From Mytilus edulis (Eukaryota), in NCBI RefSeq assembly GCF_963676685.1, contig NC_092346.1, forward strand, positions 47,988,001-48,052,000: DNA of 64,000 nucleotides, in the 5' to 3' direction. A program made the position numbers and the translations under genes. Positions 1-12,660 of this stretch are shown in pieces; positions within the stretch are counted from its first letter, which is position 1; every line of letters begins with the position of its first letter. Below the pieces are notes generated by a model that made no database searches, was not told where the DNA came from, and saw only the letters and a program-made list of their open reading frames with translations.

Positions 1-200
1 ATGGATTTTCTTATCCCAGGCATAGATTACCTGAGCCATATTTTGCAAAACTTTTTTGGATTTTGGGTCCTCAATGCTCTTCAACCTTGTATTTGTTTGA
101 CTTAAGAACTTTTTTGATCTGAGCGTCTGATGAGTCTAATGTAGACGAAACACGCACTTAGTGTATTAAATTTTAATCATGGTATCTTTGATAACTATTT
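1..200 (+). mobile_element. Fragment of the hammerhead repeat family
   Basis: CTGATGAGTCTAATGTAGACGAAAC at 127-151 with a decayed cleavage site; flanks match 3370-3520 and 4023-4075. Confidence 0.7.
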
Positions 201-247
201 CCTATTTGGTTCTATATTTAAACAATAATCTGAATAAATCATGAAAA

Positions 248-1801
248 CTACATTACATTGTACAAGGCACACTCATCCTCATCACACAAAAGTAACATTT
301 GTTTGTCTTTGTTGTAGTGCAATGACATTGGATTGATTAAACCATCAGTTTTGGATAGAAGTGTTCTACTCGACTTCCCGTCATGTTGTATAACTATCAG
401 AGATTTCGACCCTTGATCAATAACAAATACATTTTGATGATCATCCACAGTGCCATTAGTGCTGACTAAAGCTGCCTCCTTACGACCCCACATTTCTTCA
501 CCTGTCATTGAAATACAATGTACAGTATGGTCTCTTGTGTTGGTAACATACATTCTATCATTGGTGGTTCCTATGTATGCCCCACAACTTGAGTTAAGTT
601 TTTTTAGTACTTTTCCCGCAATATTTGTTATAACAATGCAATTTTGTATTCTAACGATAAAACCTATGTTGTCCTGGTATGATATACCAAAGCAGCGGCT
701 ATTTAATTTAATTCTCTGAATGTTAGTTTTGTTCTTTATATTCAAAATATCTATGTAACCATCGCTTCTATTTCCATAAGTAACAGCAATACTTTCAGCG
801 TCCATGACTGTTACATCAAATGTTGGTTTCGAACATGGTATGTCCCGGATATGTTTACCTTTCTCACTATACTCCATCAGTACGCTGTGTCCGTAAAAAT
901 TAGATATCAACACATTACCATTTGTTAACATTGTACATCCAGTCATCAACAGCCCCACGAAGTCTTTTTTCACTTTAAATCTCTTTTTCAATCGCAAATA
1001 AATGTTATCAATACTTTTCATATCGGACACTCGAAGCGGTATCTGGACTTGATCTACATTTGATCCCTTGAACGGTAGACAGGTTGTAGTCTTTTTAAAG
1101 AATATGTTCCCGAGCTGAACAACTTCATTCATTAACGTGGTGATAGTAGTGTGTAACTGTAAGTATATTTCATAGTTCGGTACTGACTTGATTCTTTCTT
1201 TTACGGCTTCTACCTCTGTGCTGACTGTTTCATTAATCTGACGCGTTCCAAAGAAAAGGTGAAGGTCGGATGCGAATGATTTCAATTGCAATGTTTTCTC
1301 TCTCAGACAACCTAAATTTTGTTCTGATTTTTTCAGACGGTTTAGAAGTTTGTTTGGTTCGGATTTGCAGTTATTATGTTTTGTGTCTAATTCAAGAAGA
1401 AGATTGTTTTCAAATTCCTCCAACTTTTTCACTAGGCTAAAGGTTAAAGTTTCCTCTTAATCAGCCAGGGCAGTTGAACGTTTTGCATTTTCAGCAGCTT
1501 TATCTAAAGGAATGACATCAGAGCATGCCCTATGACGAGATATACAACCTAAACATACTGCAACATCATGTGTTTTACAGTACAGCCTGTCGTGGTCTTT
1601 ACACTTAAAGCTGACAGTAATATTTTGTATCTGCCGGAAGTCTTCAATGGAGATAAGCCTGTGGTTACGTGAAGTTTTGATAGATTTATGAACCTTTTCA
1701 CAATCTGCGCATAATCCCTCTTCACAAACTGTACACCAGCTTTCTGCGTTTTTCTCATTTTTTGTATAATTGCAGGGACCGCAAAGAATCAAATAGGACA
1801 T
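248..1801 (-). pseudogene. RING-less TRIM-like (B-box x2, coiled coil, NHL-like propeller) copy 1, with one in-frame premature stop
   Basis: ORFs 1457..1801 and 248..1432 are in the same frame. The junction reads ALAD*EETLTFSLVKKLEEF, with TAA at 1457-1459 where paralogs have Leu. About 35 aa of coiled coil are deleted in frame relative to copy 4. AG acceptor 10 nt upstream of the ATG. Confidence 0.85.
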
Positions 1802-2277
1802 AGTTCAATGCCTGTTGAAAAAAATGTGTTACTTAATGTATTATTTACTTTAATTTTTTTAAATGGCATACAAAATTGTAGAATAACAAGAATACAGAAC
1901 TCTTAAAAAAATTGAAACATCAAAAGATCAAACACATCAAACATGTGGGAAATTCCAGATTTGGTACAGACATTTCCTTAGCATAACAACACGATGACGG
2001 ATGTATGATAAACAAGCTACGGCAAAATGTATTACAAAAAAGGACAAACAGTCAAGGTTAAAAACTATACAAAGACTAATAAAATGAACCCAATAACACA
2101 TAAATTAGATGATTAACAACATCAGTACCCAGCATGTATACTTTTAGACCATTATGTATTATTTGTGAAGTTGATATTAATCAACAAGGTCTTAGTATCT
2201 TCCGATTACAAAAAGGAAGTTTTATAAAGTCTGGGCAGCAGCTGCAACTCTTTCTTGAATACCGCATAAGTTGGGAA

Positions 2278-2565
2278 AGAAAGTAGAATCACAAAAATAC
2301 TGAACTCCGAGGAAAATTCTAAACGGAAAGCCCCCACCAAACGACAAAATCAAAGGATAAAACGCATCGAACGAATGGACAACAACTGTCATACTCCTGA
2401 CTTAGCACAGTTTTTTTCAAGTGTAAAAAATGGTGGATTGAACCTGGTTTTATAGCGCTAAATCTCACACTTGTACGACAGTCGCATCAAATTTAATGAT
2501 ATTGATAATGATGCGTGAACAAAGCTAACAGATATAATAGGTAAAAATGTCACAAATAAAGGTAA
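2278..2565 (-). repeat. Abundant SINE-like interspersed repeat (copies near 11800, 16080, 34735, 38440, 43450 and 51330)
   Basis: Recurrent block AAAATACTGAACTCCGAGGAAAATTC...ACAACTGTCATA.TCCTGACTTGG in both orientations. Confidence 0.6.
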
Positions 2566-3369
2566 AAAGTTTAGTTCGGTAGGTTTTGTTTTCAACCGAC
2601 CCTAATAGTCAATTTCTAGATATAAATCCTAAACGAAGTGATAACAACTAATACAGATGAAATTGGTATACTACTGCTAAGGTAGGGGAAATTAATAATT
2701 ACAAAATTAAAAAAGGTCGCGTTTGTTGTAGATTTTAAAACTTGCATGACCAATTATGTCCAATTACAGGTTAAGTCTAAAAATGAGGTTGAGTAAGCCG
2801 TGTCTTCCCTTAAATTTCTTGTTTTGAATATTATATCAATGGAACGCAATCAGAAAAAGTTTTGATTGTTGATATTAAGAACATCATCAATATACCTGTT
2901 TTTGGAATTAAGTGATCTAACGCATTTGATATCCTTGTTTTAGCAAGTGTCTGAAGTAGCTCCGACTAATAAGAAAATAAGAAGAGGTCGTCAATGAGAG
3001 GCACACAGTTCTGTTCCATAGGACTGACGCAATTTTTTGAAAAAGTGTATTTCTATATTTAACAAAGATATTACGAAACTCCAGCATTCTGATAAGTTGT
3101 TCTTTGGTGTAGTATCTTGTAGATTTTTAAATGGTACCATTTTTATATTGTAAAGCATAGTGGATTATTAATTATTTAGACGTTTTATCAATTTGGCATT
3201 GGGAATGATGATATTGCGGGTTGAAAAATGAACGGTTTTGATAAAATGTATTTCCAAAAAAGATCGAGATTCAAAATTATCAAGAAGTTTTTTTCCGAGG
3301 TTTTTAAGAGTCGCATATGCTAAAAACGACGATGCGAATAAACTACACACTTTTGGATTCATCGAAAAA

Positions 3370-4075
3370 CTAAGGATTTTCTTATCCCAGGAAGAAATTA
3401 CCTTAACCGTGTTTGGCACAACTTTTTGGAATTTTGGATTCTCAATGCTCTTCAACTTCGTAATTGTTTGGCTTGATAAATATTTTGATATGAGCGTCAC
3501 TCATGAGTCTTATGTAGACGAATAGTTATCAAATGTACCAGGATTATAATTTAGTACGCCAGACGCGCGTTTCGTCTACATAAGACTCATCAGTGACGCT
3601 CATATCAAAATATTTATAAAGCCAAACAAGAACAAAGTTGAAGAGCATTGAGGATGCAAAATTCCAAAAAAGTGTGCCAAATACAGCTAAGGTAATTTAT
3701 ACCTGGGATAAGGAAATCCTTAGTTTTTCGAAAAATTCAAAGTTTGTAAACAGGAAATTTATAAAAATGACCACATTATTGATATTCAGGTCAACACCGA
3801 AGTGCTGACTACTGGGCTGGTGAACTCGAGGACGAAACGTCCACCAGCAGTGGCATCGACCCAGTGGTGTAAATAGTTATAAAAAGTACCAGGATTATAA
3901 TTCAGTACGCCAGACGCGCGTTTCGTCTAAATAAGACGCTCATATCAAAATATTTATAAAGCCAAACAAGAACAAAGTTTAAGAGCATTGAGGATCCAAA
4001 ATTCCAAAAAGTTGTGCCAAATACGTGCGTCTGGCATACTAAATTATAATCCTGGTACCTTTGATAACTATTTAC
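3370..4075. mobile_element. Hammerhead-containing retrozyme/Penelope-type repeat cluster (351-nt period), with a nested inverted copy
   Basis: Minus-strand hammerhead motifs repeat at 3561 and 3912, and a plus-strand copy is split between 3522 and 4023. Confidence 0.75.
3556..3599 (-). ncRNA. Minimal type I hammerhead ribozyme (subfamily A, intact)
   Basis: GCGTCA CTGATGA GTCT-TATGT-AGAC GAAA C-GCGC-G TC^TGGCGT: stem I, CUGAUGA core, stem II, GAAA, minimal stem III with a palindromic loop, and a GUC cleavage site. Confidence 0.85.
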
Positions 4076-4260
4076 TGCGAACATATTTTTTGGTCTTTCT
4101 AATGGACAATGGCTGTCGTCTTACAGTTGTTTTGTTTTGATGCTCTATTATTAAAATATACTTCACATCCCTATCTTTTTCCTATTATCAATTTGGTCAA
4201 TTCGAATTGATGATTTCAATTACAAAGAACTTTGGAAACAAGTTTTCATTTGGACTATTA

Positions 4261-4463
4261 TACTGTGGATTCCTTTATTTTTGTGGGTACCAATTTCCAT
4301 GGATTGCGGACTTCTCGTGGATATGTTATTTCATGGTTTTGCAAAATTCTGCTTACATCTAATAGAAAATGTGTAATTCGTTAAACATTTTAATTCGTAG
4401 TTCACCTGTACCCATCATAATAACGAAATTTGGTATCCAACGAATAATAATGAATCCACAGTA
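4261..4463. mobile_element. Tc1/mariner-type MITE
   Basis: Terminal inverted repeats TACTGTGGATTC ... GAATCCACAGTA with TA ends. Confidence 0.75.
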
Positions 4464-6554
4464 TATTGATACTGTACCGCCTGGATTACAGATGTCAAAC
4501 CCTAAACACATGAAGATATAACAAGATATAACAAAAGAGATACGAGATATGCGTCTTAGAGACGACAAAACAAGGGGTTTCAGAGATCAGTAACATTTTT
4601 TAATGATAACTATAATTGTTTCAGATCGAAGGTACATATATTTGTTGACATTGGCAACTGTATAAATGTAAGACAAGGAAATCAATTGTCATTATCAGAT
4701 AATGAAAAATGAAATACAAGTATTCATATATTACACAAAATTGTCACAAATGTCTTTTGCTCCGTTTTGAAGTTGAAACTTGTCAATGCAGATAAAAAGA
4801 AATAACGTAAATACCTTTACTTTTGTCGTTGAAAGACTGTGTCATTTGGTTGTCAAGGGCAAGGTTAAGTCTCCTGGTATAACAATGACACTTGGGAATT
4901 TAAAAAGTTTAAAAGGAAGTTTGCGTAAATTGAGTTATGTTACATCTGCGTGTCTATGGCAAAATAAATTCCTATACTAGTATTATACAGCAGCAAGTAT
5001 TATTCAGATAAAAGGTCTAAGAAGTAAGTCTGTCTCATTACACATAAAGGAAATATTTACGAAATGTTTTATAGTGTCAGAGAGACGATTGTATAAAGAT
5101 TACTAGGTGTTCAAATGGAAGAATCAGTGTAGGTCTTTTTACAGTGTAAATATTCAAACGTGTAGCAACGAGTTATGTGTTTCGTACATCGCATGATGAT
5201 TATGAGCTGCACGATACTTCCAATCGTTCTCACTTTTAATTTGTACATGTCATCATACTTTCTCCGTCAGTGTTTGAGCAAACTTGCGGTTGTTTAATAA
5301 AACAAAACGCTTCAGACGCACGGCATTCATAAGGTTTTCATCTCCACACAGAAAATAAGAATTGAGGGGTAATGTATATAACATATTACCAAAATAACAC
5401 AAATCAGAACGTACCTACATTTATATAATCTTTACAAAGTTCGAGGTTTTGTTGTGAATTGTCTGAATTGTATCGAAATTGTAAAATGCATGCGCATTTT
5501 TGCGCCTGTCCCCAGTCAGGAGTCTCTAGCCTTTGTTAGTCTTGTATTATTTTTAATTTTAGTTTCTTGTGTACAATTTGGAGTTTAGTATAACGTTCAT
5601 TCTCACTGAACTAGTATATATATTTGTTTAGGAGCTAGCTGAAGGACGCCTCCTGGTGTGGGAATTTCTCGCTGCATTGAAGACCTGTTTGTGTCCTGCT
5701 GATGTCTGTTCTATGGTCGAGTTGTTGTCTCTTTTACACATTCCCCATTTCCATTCTCAATTTTAATGTCTAGTAGTTTTAGATAATAAAAAAACCCCAT
5801 CAAAGATAACAGGCTTAGTAATTAGTTAGAAATGATCGATTATATGCTATATGAAATAAAAGAGTTATACTTATTTCGTTTTGAATAAATTAAGCCATCA
5901 CTTGGTATGTATTTCTTTTTAGGTTACTTTGGAAACACGACAAGACAAAAATTAAGCCAACGTTAATACCACTATAGACAATGATAGACACTACCTGCAA
6001 AGTTTATTTTTCATTTAAAGAAGCGCTTACTTAAACAACCAAAGACGTAGAAGTTGTTAAAAATGCAAATGGTACTTTATTATTCAGAACGATTTGAAAA
6101 GGCAACAAATCTATTTTGATAGATTGTTGCTAACCTTTACTGTTTAATCACTTTTTGGTAATATCGGCTGACAATTGTTATCTTAAGATTTTTTTTATAG
6201 CTTTAATTTAGTCTTGTTGGCGATTGTTCTTCCCCCTATCTATTTCAGTTTTTAAAATTACCTTTTATTGTCCATCGTTTGAAATTTAAGAGTAAAAATA
6301 ACTTGGTAGAAATTGTATTTCAAGTTTGAGGGAGCCGTCTCCGTCTATTATAATTCTGGAGATACTAGCTTAAAACATGAGTTGACTCCTATGTTTTATT
6401 TTAAGTTTGTTGGCTTTAAAAACTAAATTTGTATACTGGTTACCCTAAACGAATTTGCAGATTTTGAACCCCATCATTTATAATCAGTAATTTCCAAAAG
6501 TCACGAATTGGCTTGTTTGATTCTTTTATTCTTACGAATGGATGAAAGATATAA

Positions 6555-8225
6555 CTACTCAAAATTGTATAGGGCAGCACACTCATGGTTGTTGCACAAG
6601 AGTAATACGTTTTTTTCTTTGCTGTAGTGTAATGTTTGCGGTTGATCTAGACCATCAGCTTTGGTAAGTATCGTTTTACTAGAACTCCCGTCATGTTGAA
6701 TTACTACTAGAATTTTAGATTTGATATCTACAACATAAACATTTTGATGATTATCAACAGTGATTCCCTTAGGACCCACTAAAGATTCCTCCTTATGCAC
6801 CCATATTTCCTCACCGGTCATGGAGATACAATTTACGGTTTGATTTCTTTCGACTGTGAAATAAATTCTATCCACAGCGGTTTCTAAGTATAATCCACAT
6901 TCAACATCTAATTTGCTCAATACTTTCCCCAGCATATTAGTTATTACAATGCCATCTTCGATAACAACAAACAAGTTGTTATTCTTATACGATATTCCAT
7001 AGCATTTGCTTTTTAGTTTAGCTCTCTTCTCAATCGTATTATTCTTTATATTGCAAATCTCTATGTATTGACTTAAGGAACCATATGTAATAGCAATACG
7101 GTCAGAATCAATGACTGATATATCAAACGGAGATCCAGATAATTTTATGGTACGAATATGTTTACCTTCTTCATTATACTCCATCAGATTATTGTCTCCT
7201 TTATAATCAGCTATCAACACACTACCATTTCGTAACATGGTACATCCCGACAACCATGTTAAAAAACTTGTTTGTTTCACTTTGAATCTTTTCTTCAACT
7301 GGATACCTATTTGCTTGATACTTAAGATATTTGGCTCAAGAAGCTGTATTTGGGCCTGATCTGCCTTTGCTTCTTTAAACGACAAACAAGTGGTAGTCTT
7401 CTTAACGGAAATTTTCCCGAGCTTATCTACATCATTTTTTATCAACATAATTGTAGGATTTAACTTTAAAAACATTTCATAATTCTGTATATACTTAATC
7501 CATTCCTTAACGGACTCTATTTCTTTAAACACAGCTTTATTGATCTGGCGCGTTCCCAGGAAAAGCTGAACTTCGGATGCGAATGATTTCAATTGTTTTG
7601 TTTGCTTTCTCCAACAACTTAAATCACTTTCACAATTTTTAAGACGAGTTAGAAATTTGTCATTGTCGGATTTACAATTACCATATTTCTTGTCTAATTC
7701 AAGGAGTAGTTTGGTCTGTAAGTCATCCAACTTTTTCATTATTCTTGCTCTTGTATCATTTATTGTATTTTTGATATCTTGCCTCTGGTCATTCAACAGT
7801 TCCATAGCCGAAACACAATCGGTAATGATTTGCTGAAGGTTATGTAACGTGCTTGAAAAAGTGTCCTTTAAATCAGACAATGCAACCGAACGTTTAACAT
7901 TTTTAGCAGCTTGATCTAAAGGAATGACATCAGGGCATGTCATGTGATGAAATGGAATGCAACCTAAACAAACTGCAATATCATGTGTTTTACAGTACAG
8001 TTCAAGTTGCTTATCGTGATCCTGACAGTCAAGATTGACAGAACTATCTTTTATTTGTCGGTAGTCTTCGATTGATATAAGCCTGTGATTTCGTGATGAT
8101 TTTATAGATTTGTGAACCTTTTCACAATCTGCGCATAACCCCTCTTCACAAACTGTACACCATATCTCTGCGCTTCTATTCTCTTTGGTATAACCACAGG
8201 GACCACAAAGAATAAATTCCGACAT
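6555..8225 (-). CDS. RING-less TRIM-like protein copy 2 (intact, 556 aa)
   Basis: B-box1 CGPC..WCTVCEEGLCADCEKVH..H and B-box2 CQDH..YCKTHDIAVCLGC..HH, then coiled coil and beta-propeller repeats (PFDISV, PKGITVDNHQNVYVVD, GLDQPQTL). Single coding exon; TTTTTCAG acceptor 10 nt before the ATG. Confidence 0.92.
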   Translation of the reverse strand: MSEFILCGPCGYTKENRSAEIWCTVCEEGLCADCEKVHKSIKSSRNHRLISIEDYRQIKDSSVNLDCQDHDKQLELYCKTHDIAVCLGCIPFHHMTCPDVIPLDQAAKNVKRSVALSDLKDTFSSTLHNLQQIITDCVSAMELLNDQRQDIKNTINDTRARIMKKLDDLQTKLLLELDKKYGNCKSDNDKFLTRLKNCESDLSCWRKQTKQLKSFASEVQLFLGTRQINKAVFKEIESVKEWIKYIQNYEMFLKLNPTIMLIKNDVDKLGKISVKKTTTCLSFKEAKADQAQIQLLEPNILSIKQIGIQLKKRFKVKQTSFLTWLSGCTMLRNGSVLIADYKGDNNLMEYNEEGKHIRTIKLSGSPFDISVIDSDRIAITYGSLSQYIEICNIKNNTIEKRAKLKSKCYGISYKNNNLFVVIEDGIVITNMLGKVLSKLDVECGLYLETAVDRIYFTVERNQTVNCISMTGEEIWVHKEESLVGPKGITVDNHQNVYVVDIKSKILVVIQHDGSSSKTILTKADGLDQPQTLHYSKEKNVLLLCNNHECAALYNFE

Positions 8226-10004
8226 GTTGTTATATCTGAAAAATGCATATTTTTTATCAATTTACAGACTGTTGCTATGATTAGAGATAAAATGGTATAA
8301 GATCATTTAAACATAGAACTTAAATTTGGCCTCAAATAATCTGTTTTTGCGTTTGTCTGTCATGTATGATCGAAATCGTATTAGTATTTGAAATTCATTG
8401 ATTGTTGCCCGATATGACGTGCATGACCAGGCTTCAATCCGGACTATTTCTGTTCGCAACGAGTTTATTTTTCTATGTCATGTACGAAAATGATAATTAG
8501 TTAAAAATATTTATTGTTTTATTTTCTCATAGCTTGTATATATATTTAATAATAGTAGCAATCGATATATTTATTAATATAAGACATATTAACAAGTGAC
8601 AAAATATTTCAAAGACTAGAAAATCTTAAACCATTTGTCATCTAAATACCAATCCAAACAATTATTATGATTTTGAAATATATAACACAAATTTTGGCCG
8701 GTTTCATGTTTGATAAAACGTAATTTTACCTTTCGAAAATTTACCTCATTTATCATAGAATTTCGATAATGTTCTAAACAATCATTTATTTTGAAATAAA
8801 ACTAATACAACATGTCCACTGAGAGTTGTTTGCTTGAATATTCGAAAACATAGCACATAAACTAAAAAGTATAAATTAGAAATAGATAAATAAACTGATA
8901 ATAATTATTTAGAAAGAGGTTTATTGGAGCTTTTGGAATACACAGCAATAGTTTGTATGGACACATATGTAGTTTAAGTATCCAATACAGTAATGAAAGG
9001 CCCAGTTTATCGTCTTGGATTGAAAGAACTGTTAAAATGTTATTTTCGACTCGTCTCTAATACATAAGGAGTACATAACTCGCGATTGCCTCTAAAACTG
9101 GGCAGCAAATTTTTACTAGACATTATCTGGATATATGAAAAAACAAAAGTTTATCATCCAATACAATTTCAAATGACTTCAATCCTCTGTGAAATCTTTC
9201 AGCTTTGTCTTTGACGAAAAAGTACTCACCAGAGATATATTTCTTAAATCTCTATTTCTCAAGTTGGATTCATATTGAATAAATTCAATTGAAAATTACC
9301 AAATAGTTTTGATATAAAACCTTCAATAAGACGTGAATGTATGAAAATGAAATAAGACTATGAAAACAAATTCTTCATCAAAATGTAAACAAGTGTCAAA
9401 TATATACATGTATATGTTTATGAAAATATTATAAAAATGTGCCATTTTTTGTATAATGTCTTCTTCACACTACCATTTACATAGTTTTACAATGCATAAT
9501 TTCGATGTGTGCTAAATTACCTTCAATGTCAGCTAATATGGCAGCATCCACATCATCATAAATCCCACATTATCCAACAGATGTCACCAAGAGATACACT
9601 ATTTAAAAGTGCGCAGAAATATATCGTAAAAAATTGACGACATAGGTAATTTATTGTTTTTATCAATCAATGTAATGTTGCAGTTGTTTTTGAAATAAAT
9701 TCAATACTTCGATTTTGATGCATAAAAAAAAGTTTCCGATTTCATTCATATATTTGAGTCATTAAGTTGCTGTTAACTTAAAGTATAATCCAATCTTTTA
9801 ATAGTCCCAATACATACCCTGCTGTCGTTTTACCTGATTCCTTGTTTGTCATTTTTCCAAGCATACATGTACATGCAACTCAATTGATTTTAATGATAAA
9901 AGAGCCAGGTGAAACTCCGCTCCAAAAACAATACACGTACAATCTAATCATTTGAATATCAGTTTATAAGATTGAGTCATTTGAAGAAACGTGTATACAT
10001 AATA

Positions 10005-10450
10005 TTATTAGTTACATAGTGTGTTAGTGACCTAATATGATATATACAGGGTCAGTGAATTCCATATGTATATATCATGTTAGGTCACTAGCACAATATG
10101 TTACGAATTTCTCTTACCGACTAGAATTTACACTCAAGTTGTCTTATTTGCTATCATAACACATCTTCGTGTTTCTGTATTTAAGTGTTCAAGTGTTCAA
10201 CTTTAAAAACCTTCTTCAATTGGTGACTAAAAACTAATGTAAACGACAAATACCTATCATTAGTAACCTTGATATAACAATATTAAACAGAACTTTCAAA
10301 ACTTTTAAATAATCGAACAGTGCCAAAGTCGTATATCCACTACTAACCGTTTATTGAAATAAGCCCCGCCTCCCTACTAACCTAATATTTGTGAATATAC
10401 AGGGTCTCCAAGAGGTCTCTTTTAACCAATCATATTACTAGAAATGTATA
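10005..10450. repeat. Unclassified element starting with a ~100-bp hairpin
   Basis: TAGTGACCTAATATGATATATACA ... TGTATATATCATGTTAGGTCACTA inverted repeat at 10012-10105; the right boundary is uncertain. Confidence 0.5.
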
Positions 10451-10929
10451 ATTCTCATGCAACCAAATAGGAGGAACTAAACTTCACTTACCATTCATTA
10501 AAATTTTATTTTTTATTTATCTTTTTGTTTTCCCATTTGTAAATGAATTTCTGTATTGAAATTTCCTTGTAGTTCGTTATTTTTTTTAATTTTCCTTTTT
10601 TTATATGTCAACATTGACGCACTAGACATGTATACCATTTAACCGTTCTACAGACTTGAAAGCGTTTAGATGTCATCAAACAAATTTCAATACTTCACTA
10701 TGACCTTGGTCATTGATTTTGTTTGTTACTTTGATAAAATGTGTCTTTTTGATTTTCTTGAAGAATTTCCGAGTTTTAAAAATCGGTAAAATAAGAATAA
10801 AAACAAATTATCATTTTCATGTGTCCGAAGTACCGTTCTAGATATAGCTTCATCGGGCCTTTGTGAGCATAAATTTACCAATATGAATGTTTAACACCAC
10901 TGAACAATTCATGTTTAATATCAACAAAA

Positions 10930-12180
10930 TCATGCAGACCCAAATGGCGACATGGTCAACCAAGTTACACAAAATTAATAGTTTTTTGTCTTTGTCGTTG
11001 TGTAATGCGTTTGGTCTTTTCATTCCATCACTTTTATTCGGTAATTTTCTACTGGATTTCCCGACTTTTGTACTACTGTTAGTACGTTTCACTTGGCATC
11101 AACATTAAACACATTTTGATGATCATAAAATGTGTTGACTAAAGAAGAATCCATATTATGTACCAATAATTTCTTACGGATATGCAATTCACAATTTTTT
11201 CTGGTTCTACGATAACGTATATTCTATTTATTGTAGTTTCTTAGTATAATCCACTATCAAATGTGGTCAACACTCATTCTTTATCATCTGTTACGATAAT
11301 ACCTGGTACAAGAGTAAACATGTTATTGTCTAGATATGATATTCTGTAGCATTCGTTTCGACATATTTTTTTCTTCATTAGTTTTGTTTTTTTATATTCC
11401 AAATCTTCATATATTTACTAGAAGACCAATATGTAACATCTATACATCCAGTGTATATGACAGTGAAATGAAGCAGGTGTCCAAGGCGTATTCATGGATT
11501 ATGTATACCGTTCTCTATACAGAATCATTGTATCCTCTCCGTAATAATCGGCTTTTAACAAGTTACCATTTGGAACATTTAATATGCAGATAGGCACATG
11601 AAGTTATTATATCATATCTTTTCTTATAAAATCTATATTTTTAACTGGAGACGGACTTTATTAACCGGATCTACGTCCGCCTCGTTAAATAGTAAACTTC
11701 TGGTAGTTTTCTAAATGGATATTTCTTCCATCTGATCAACATCGCTATAAAAACAAGTTTATTGCACAATTTTCTCTATATGCAAATACCTGAACTAAGT
11801 TAGGAATATGAGAGTTGTTATCCATTCGTGTGATGTGTTTGAACTTTTGATTTGGCGGTTTAGTTAAGGGTTTTCGTTTTGAATATTCCTCGGGTTTCAG
11901 TATTTTGTTCTGATTTTACTTTTCATTCATTTTCGACATGCTAGTGGCGTGTAACTGTAGATACAGTCACATTTCTTCAAAGACTTGGTTCCGTTGTTGT
12001 AATATTTTATCTGTTTGAAAGCTGCTTCATTAATCTGACGTGTTACTAGAAAAAGTCGGATGCGAATGATTTCAGTTGTTGTGTTTCAACTTTAAAACAC
12101 CCGAGATCTTGTTCCCCTTGATGTTTATGAACTTTCTCACAATCTGTACATACCCCGCTTAACAAACTGTACACGTATTC
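10930..12180 (-). pseudogene. Heavily degraded TRIM-like copy 3 relic
   Basis: Propeller C-terminal remnant GKSSRKLPNKSDGMKRPNALHNDKDKKLLILCN (ORF 10850..11092), QLKSFASD/TRQINEA remnant near 12020-12080 and B-box1 remnant near 12120-12175. Many frameshifts and a large deletion; boundaries approximate. Confidence 0.75.
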
Positions 12181-12199
12181 ACTGCCTATATACATTGTA

Positions 12200-12660
12200 T
12201 TAAAATGAGGAGATATGATTGCCAATGAGACAAATCTTCGCTCGAGACCAAATGACAGAAATTAACAAATGTAGATCACCGTACGGACTTCAACCATGAG
12301 CAAAGCCCATGCCGCATAGTCAGCTATTAAAGGCCCCCAAAATGACAAAGGTTAAACAATTTAAAAGAGAAAACTAATGGCCTAAATCATTTACAAAAAT
12401 GTACGAAATACAAATATGTAACACATCAACAAACGGTATCCAAAGAATTGCAGGCTCCTGACTTTGGACAAGCACATACATACAGGACGGGGTTAAATAT
12501 GTTAGCGAGTTCTCAACCCTTCTCTAATATAGGACAGTGGTGTAACAGTACAACATATGAACGAACTATAATAATCAGTTGAAAAGGCTTAACTCATCAG
12601 ATGGATACAATTAGAAATACATCCAACAAAAACACAGTTGACGTGACCGGGTAATTATAC
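12200..12660. repeat. Interspersed repeat family (copies near 13100-13630 inverted, 21700-21975, 34620 and 63660)
   Basis: Shared blocks GCCAATGAGACA, TACGG(A/C)CTTCAAC and CTCCTGACTT.GGAC. Confidence 0.55.

Noticed and set aside
7900-8225. RING domain, or a named TRIM ortholog such as TRIM71 or TRIM2/3
   Set aside because: The Cys/His spacing fits two B-boxes, and no RING or filamin domain is visible, so orthology cannot be assigned.
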